UHGV virus genome: UHGV-0239688
Reading direction: 5' to 3' (one strand)
DNA: 10,436 nucleotides
Source of the DNA: a virus
The notes under the pieces were generated by a model. The model was given only the letters and a program-made list of their open reading frames with translations, did not search any database and was not told where the DNA came from. This document shows positions 6,584 to 10,436 of this stretch, one piece after another. How positions within the stretch are numbered: the first letter of the stretch is position 1; each line of letters begins with the position of its first letter. Both the position numbers and the translations under genes were made by a program.

Positions 6584-7757
6584 TAAATTCTTCCATATCA
6601 CTTAACTGTTCTAGGTCAGTTTCTAAATCAGCTGCTGATTTACTTTTACTTTCTGGAGATTTAAATTTTTCAACCTTTGAGTTAATCAATTCATCGACTT
6701 CAGCCTCAACAATTTCATTACTATCAATAGCACCTAACTGATAAGCACGTTTAATAGCATCTCGGAATGGTTGATGCTTAAATAAAGGACCCCAGAATGT
6801 AGTGCAGTTGGTATCTTTTGCACGCCAAGATTTTTCTTCGCGAATCATCTCGCCGGTTTCTTCATCAAGAAATTCACGAGCATACCAGCCATTTTTTGGT
6901 TTTACTACAAATCCTAATTCTAGAGCCATATCTAACAATCCAGAATAAGGATCGATGCCACCGTCAAATTTAACATCAATAAAGAATTTACTTTTTTCTT
7001 TAACGGTACGAGATTTTTCTACATTTAGAACAAATTGATACCCCTGAAGATCAGAACCATCTTTAATCTGGCGTTTACCGATAATGAATACAGTATCAGC
7101 CGAATACATTACGCCTGTACCACCTGTCATCACGGTTTTACTAAACATTTCAATTGTTTCAATTGTATGGTTAACCGCAACACATGGAATATTTTTAATG
7201 CTAAAATAAGGAGTAACAATACGGAATAATGACTTCAGTGATTTAGCACGAGTCATATCTGCCACAGATTTTTCATTCAAGGCATCTTCAGTTTCTTTCT
7301 TAGAAGCCATATTACCAATTGAGTCGATGAATACTATAACCTTTTCACCACGCTCAATAGCTTCAAGCTGATTCACCATATCAATTTTCAGCTGTTCAAC
7401 TGACTGAATTGGCGTATGAATTACTCGTTCCGGGTCAACTCCCATGGATCGCAAATAAGCTGGAGTAATACCAAATTCGCTATCATAGAATAGACAAACC
7501 GCGTCAGGATATTTGTTCAAATATGCCGCAACCATAGTCAAAGACATATTTGATTTAAAGTGTTTAGAAGGCCCTGCGAAAATAGTTAAACCAGACTGCA
7601 TTCCACCATCAATCGCACCGGAAATAGCGATATTAAGCATTGGAATTTTTGTACGAATTACATCCTTTTCATTAAAGAATTTAGATGTAGTCAGTTCAGC
7701 AGTCATTTTAGAAGTGGAAGCTTTAATCAAACGGGATTTTAAATCTGCAATAGACAT
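6576..7757 (-). CDS. uvsX: UvsX recombinase (RecA/Rad51 family), 393 aa
   Basis: Walker A GPSKHFKS; C-terminal half agrees with my recollection of T4 UvsX, N-terminal half diverges in places (so a relative, not T4 itself); synteny. Confidence 0.93.
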   Translation of the reverse strand: MSIADLKSRLIKASTSKMTAELTTSKFFNEKDVIRTKIPMLNIAISGAIDGGMQSGLTIFAGPSKHFKSNMSLTMVAAYLNKYPDAVCLFYDSEFGITPAYLRSMGVDPERVIHTPIQSVEQLKIDMVNQLEAIERGEKVIVFIDSIGNMASKKETEDALNEKSVADMTRAKSLKSLFRIVTPYFSIKNIPCVAVNHTIETIEMFSKTVMTGGTGVMYSADTVFIIGKRQIKDGSDLQGYQFVLNVEKSRTVKEKSKFFIDVKFDGGIDPYSGLLDMALELGFVVKPKNGWYAREFLDEETGEMIREEKSWRAKDTNCTTFWGPLFKHQPFRDAIKRAYQLGAIDSNEIVEAEVDELINSKVEKFKSPESKSKSAADLETDLEQLSDMEEFNE

Positions 7758-7810
7758 TCATTTTTTCCATAGGCATCATTATATTTTCCTCACTGGTTAA
7801 AGATAGAATA

Positions 7811-7836
7811 ATTATAACACAATAAATTTAGGCATT
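7811..7836 (-). promoter_or_regulatory. Candidate promoter upstream of uvsX (extended -10 TGtTATAAT with degenerate MotA box)
   Basis: Minus-strand reading aaTGCCTAAatttattgTGtTATAAT; -10 at 7816..7811, TG at 7819..7818; the MotA-box-like element has two mismatches to TGCTTtA. Confidence 0.35.
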
Positions 7837-8677
7837 AATCAACTGCTATTGGATGAATAGCATTAAACTTATGAAATGCTTCTGATTTTTCTTTACGCGA
7901 AACACACATGCGAAGAACCTTTAATGGTTCGTCTTCTTCACCCAACGATTTTCGTTTTTCAATATTAGAAGTTTTCCAACGAGCTTGCTCTGGAAACTCT
8001 CTATTGATTTGCTCAAGCGCTCTATTATGTTTAGAATTACTACGAATTGAACTACACCCACCAGGAGCGTGTGATTTTCCAGATACAACTAGATATTTGA
8101 ACAAGGCCAAATGCGGATAACCTTGATTAATTAAATTGAGAAATGCATACATATCTTCGCATAAATCAATTTTTCCATACCCAATTTGTTCTGTGGTAAG
8201 TTTTCCGAGGTCATACCATGTATTCGTGAATCCGTATGAGTTTTCACGATAATTACCCCAAGATGAAGTAATTTTAAAAATTGGTAGACGAGCATGACCG
8301 TGATAATACCCGCAATCCATGGCATCTTCAACGTATTGAATCAATTCATAGAACTGTTCACGAGTCAATTGATTGACTTTATCTACACAACGACGATCAT
8401 CTCTTTTTCGCATTGAACTCATACGAATAGTAGTATCATCGTCAATCATCCAGATTCGTTGACCTGCATACATATCAGTAATTGCTTTACGAGTACCGGC
8501 AATTCCGTTTACATCATCAGGAATAGTTATAATTTTAGCTCTAGACCCATAGGCATCATAATAAGCTTTTTCTTCGTGTTCACGCACTACAATATGAGGT
8601 TCATAATCAGTCGGAAACATATCAAGGGCAGAAACTGCCCCGACACGCTGATAACTTGGAATTACGAATTGAATCAT
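7835..8677 (-). CDS. Putative DNA glycosyltransferase (GT-A-like), 280 aa, at the locus occupied by beta-gt in T4
   Basis: Start ATG 8677..8675 overlaps the gene 42 stop (ATGA); the track's GTG at 8683 is less likely. N-terminal FVIPSYQR strand and IWMIDDDTT (DXD) motif are typical of GT-A enzymes; no resemblance to the 351-aa T4 beta-gt as I remember it. Confidence 0.55.
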   Translation of the reverse strand: MIQFVIPSYQRVGAVSALDMFPTDYEPHIVVREHEEKAYYDAYGSRAKIITIPDDVNGIAGTRKAITDMYAGQRIWMIDDDTTIRMSSMRKRDDRRCVDKVNQLTREQFYELIQYVEDAMDCGYYHGHARLPIFKITSSWGNYRENSYGFTNTWYDLGKLTTEQIGYGKIDLCEDMYAFLNLINQGYPHLALFKYLVVSGKSHAPGGCSSIRSNSKHNRALEQINREFPEQARWKTSNIEKRKSLGEEDEPLKVLRMCVSRKEKSEAFHKFNAIHPIAVD

Positions 8678-9414
8678 TTCCACTCACCTTTATAGTCTTT
8701 TTTCACAATATGAGTTTCGCCAGTATTCCACCAATGATCAACCAAGTAAAAATGACGAGAATATACATGAAGACTTCCAACATTCCATATAATAGAACCT
8801 GCTTTATACTGACGAGTTGAATCGCCTGCATTCAAATCAGATACTAATTTATCTAATACGTATTTTTGCCATGCATAATCATTACGGAATCCGAAGACCA
8901 CGTCATTTGAGCGCATGTTAACTACTGCATTGACTTTCTTATCACGAATCAGGTATTGTACTGTATTAGTACACATGAAATCTGACATACCATCTTTATT
9001 GTAGTCAAATTGCATGGATGGACGAGTATAAATCATGATACCACGTCGAGAATCAGGATTTTGACCAAGTTCAGCTAAACACATATCATACTGGGCATAG
9101 TTATCTTCTGACCAAATAGCCCAACCATAATTCGAGTTAATTTCACCTTTAGAAGATGCTACTTGTTGCCAAATCTTCGGTGTTTCACCCGGAATATCTT
9201 TAACGAACAAGCTTTTAGATTTATACCATTCAAGTTCACGCTGAATGTATTCATCATTAAGAGCGCCAAAAATAAACGGTTCATCTGCTACAAATGATGC
9301 GCCAATAATTTCAATAGTTTTAACGCCAGTTTTATCAACTACGAAATCTTTTTCTTTTAATGCAAGCCCCAAATGAAGACGGATTTCTTCAACTGTCATA
9401 GAGTCACTAATCAT
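8674..9414 (-). CDS. 42: dCMP hydroxymethylase (T4 gp42), 246 aa
   Basis: Length 246 aa; thymidylate-synthase-like features including the catalytic-Cys context DFMCTNT and RSNDVVFGF; sequence agrees with remembered T4 gp42; GAGG RBS. Confidence 0.9.
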   Translation of the reverse strand: MISDSMTVEEIRLHLGLALKEKDFVVDKTGVKTIEIIGASFVADEPFIFGALNDEYIQRELEWYKSKSLFVKDIPGETPKIWQQVASSKGEINSNYGWAIWSEDNYAQYDMCLAELGQNPDSRRGIMIYTRPSMQFDYNKDGMSDFMCTNTVQYLIRDKKVNAVVNMRSNDVVFGFRNDYAWQKYVLDKLVSDLNAGDSTRQYKAGSIIWNVGSLHVYSRHFYLVDHWWNTGETHIVKKDYKGEWK

Positions 9415-9521
9415 TTAAACCTCAATTGATACATTCATATTTAACTTGTAACAGTAATAAACTCCAACCTAAAATAATAGTTGGAATCATAAGAGGAACC
9501 GTTACACTATAGTATATACTT

Positions 9522-9546
9522 ATTATAATCATCAAGATTAAAAGCA
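9522..9546 (-). promoter_or_regulatory. MotA-dependent middle promoter upstream of gene 42
   Basis: Minus-strand reading gtgTTGCTTTTAatcttgatgatTATAAT: MotA-box-like TGCTTTTA (9546..9539), 11-nt spacer, -10 TATAAT (9527..9522); lies in the 153-bp imm-42 intergenic region. Confidence 0.5.
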
Positions 9547-9567
9547 ACACTGCTATAATTTTGCTTT

Positions 9568-9819
9568 TCATTCCTTCTCTCTGATGATAATTACTTGATT
9601 TGGTTGTGCAGACTTTTTAGTTTCACCCGCAATTGACCAAATAAATGTAATAAACCAACCAATAATTGACCAGTTAAACAGTAAAGATGTGAAAAAGATT
9701 CCTACTGTCGATTTTGACCCACGCATCAAGGCGATAAACCATGGAAGCATGTATATAATAATAGCCAACACACCTGAAACTAAAACCATAAAAATTGAAC
9801 CTGCTACTAAAGTTTCCAT
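9568..9819 (-). CDS. imm: Imm, membrane superinfection-immunity protein, 83 aa
   Basis: 83 aa, the T4 Imm length; two hydrophobic segments; GAGGAAA RBS; position between 43 and 42. Confidence 0.7.
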   Translation of the reverse strand: METLVAGSIFMVLVSGVLAIIIYMLPWFIALMRGSKSTVGIFFTSLLFNWSIIGWFITFIWSIAGETKKSAQPNQVIIIREKE

Positions 9820-9826
9820 GTTTTCC

Positions 9827-10207
9827 TCACTTAGTCAAATTTTTTACACATGAATTATAAGAATTCACTACATACTCCATCGGTGCATTTTTACCTGTAC
9901 GCCATTGGTAATTATTAGCCCAATTTGCCCAAAGTTCAGCGCAGTAGTTTTCAATTTTTTCTTCGCGTGTAATTACATCTGAATTACGATATGCTTGGGC
10001 AGATTCATCTGGACGAATAGCTTCGTCAAAATTCGCCTGCATTTGTTCTACTGTCTGTTTTGGAGCTTCTTTATAACACTTGACATTAGGATTATAAAAC
10101 TTGCTTGAACAGTTTACAATTTTTCCTACATCAGACTGATTTACTACTGGTCCTTGAGCTACACAGCCAGTAAGACCTAATGCAATAATCAAAATAGCGA
10201 TTTTCAT
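9827..10207 (-). CDS. Predicted lipoprotein, 126 aa
   Basis: True start at ATG 10207..10205 (MKIAILIIALGLTGCVAQ...) with GGAG RBS; lipobox LTGC after a short K-containing hydrophobic signal; the track's upstream extension to 10273 reads through the promoter. Cys-containing mature domain. Confidence 0.65.
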   Translation of the reverse strand: MKIAILIIALGLTGCVAQGPVVNQSDVGKIVNCSSKFYNPNVKCYKEAPKQTVEQMQANFDEAIRPDESAQAYRNSDVITREEKIENYCAELWANWANNYQWRTGKNAPMEYVVNSYNSCVKNLTK

Positions 10208-10241
10208 TTCATTCTCCAAATCCGTATCAGTTGATAGTTGT

Positions 10242-10270
10242 ATAGTACCATGGAAGAACAGGGATGTAAA
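10242..10270 (-). promoter_or_regulatory. Early promoter for the lipoprotein-imm unit (TTTACA, 17 bp, TACTAT)
   Basis: Minus-strand reading gtTGTTTACAtccctgttcttccatggTACTATac; -35 at 10270..10265, -10 at 10247..10242; downstream of the gene 43 terminator. Confidence 0.45.
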
Positions 10271-10354
10271 CAACTTTGTGAAAAATTTTTTAATGAATTC
10301 AAAGGGTCCAGAATCATCTGTTTTTCATAAGTATAGATTTATATTACTTGTATG

Positions 10355-10375
10355 AAAAAGGGACCCGGAGGTCCC
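10355..10375 (-). terminator. Intrinsic terminator downstream of gene 43
   Basis: 6-bp stem GGGACC/GGTCCC with UCCG loop on the minus-strand RNA, followed by UUUUU (plus-strand AAAAA at 10355..10359). Confidence 0.7.
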
Positions 10376-10388
10376 TAGATTTATTCTA

Positions 10389-10436
10389 TCAGCCAAACAG
10401 GAAGTCTAACGAAGCTTTTTCTTCATAGTCCATACC
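10389..10436 (-). CDS. 43: DNA polymerase gp43, C-terminal 15 codons (5' part beyond window end)
   Basis: Minus-strand frame ends ...GMDYEEKASLDFLFG then TGA (10391..10389), which I recognise as the clamp-binding C-terminal tail of T4 gp43; position upstream of imm and 42. Confidence 0.65.
   Translation of the reverse strand, partial: GMDYEEKASLDFLFG

Noticed and set aside
6408-6605. 65-aa plus-strand ORF
   Set aside because: Antisense to gene 40; Ser-rich low-complexity product.
7035-7800. Plus-strand ORFs of 64 aa and 95 aa
   Set aside because: Antisense to uvsX; no RBS.
7908-8695. Three short ORFs (two plus-strand, one minus-strand) inside the glycosyltransferase gene
   Set aside because: Alternative-frame or antisense ORFs within a longer gene; no start signals.
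9415-9567. 22-codon hydrophobic mini-ORF in the imm-42 intergenic region
   Set aside because: No Shine-Dalgarno sequence; the region is better explained as promoter and leader of gene 42.
10208-10273. N-terminal extension of the lipoprotein ORF (track start at 10273)
   Set aside because: The extension is the promoter and leader (contains the TTTACA -35 and TACTAT -10); the true start is the ATG at 10207 with a GGAG RBS and an immediate signal peptide.
1-10436. tRNA genes, CRISPR repeats, integrase/transposase, homing endonuclease or intron
   Set aside because: No regular direct repeats, cloverleaf-like GC-rich segments or recognisable mobile-element ORFs were seen by eye; the intergenic regions are short and accounted for by promoters and terminators.

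Overview
This window reads as the DNA replication, recombination and DNA-modification early/middle gene block of a T4-like (T-even) bacteriophage, with almost everything encoded on the minus strand. Order along the minus strand (high to low coordinate): 3' end of DNA polymerase gene 43, terminator, early promoter, a lipoprotein gene, imm, middle promoter, gene 42 (dCMP hydroxymethylase), a GT-A-type glycosyltransferase at the position where T4 has beta-gt, uvsX, gene 40, gene 41 helicase, early promoter, dmd, three small ORFs interleaved with sp (spackle), gene 61 primase, a short gap holding one plus-strand ORF, middle promoter, gene 56-like dCTPase, two small ORFs, late promoter, soc, terminator, early promoter and three further small ORFs (the last runs off the window start). 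Protein identities rest on my reading of the translations (Walker A motifs, zinc ribbon, TOPRIM, lipobox, DXD) and on remembered T4 sequences and gene order; no database search was possible. No tRNA, CRISPR array, transposase or integrase was seen. The most interesting points are the non-T4 glycosyltransferase coupled to gene 42, the lipoprotein co-transcribed with imm, the plus-strand membrane ORF in the 56-61 gap, and the small-ORF island around dmd and sp.
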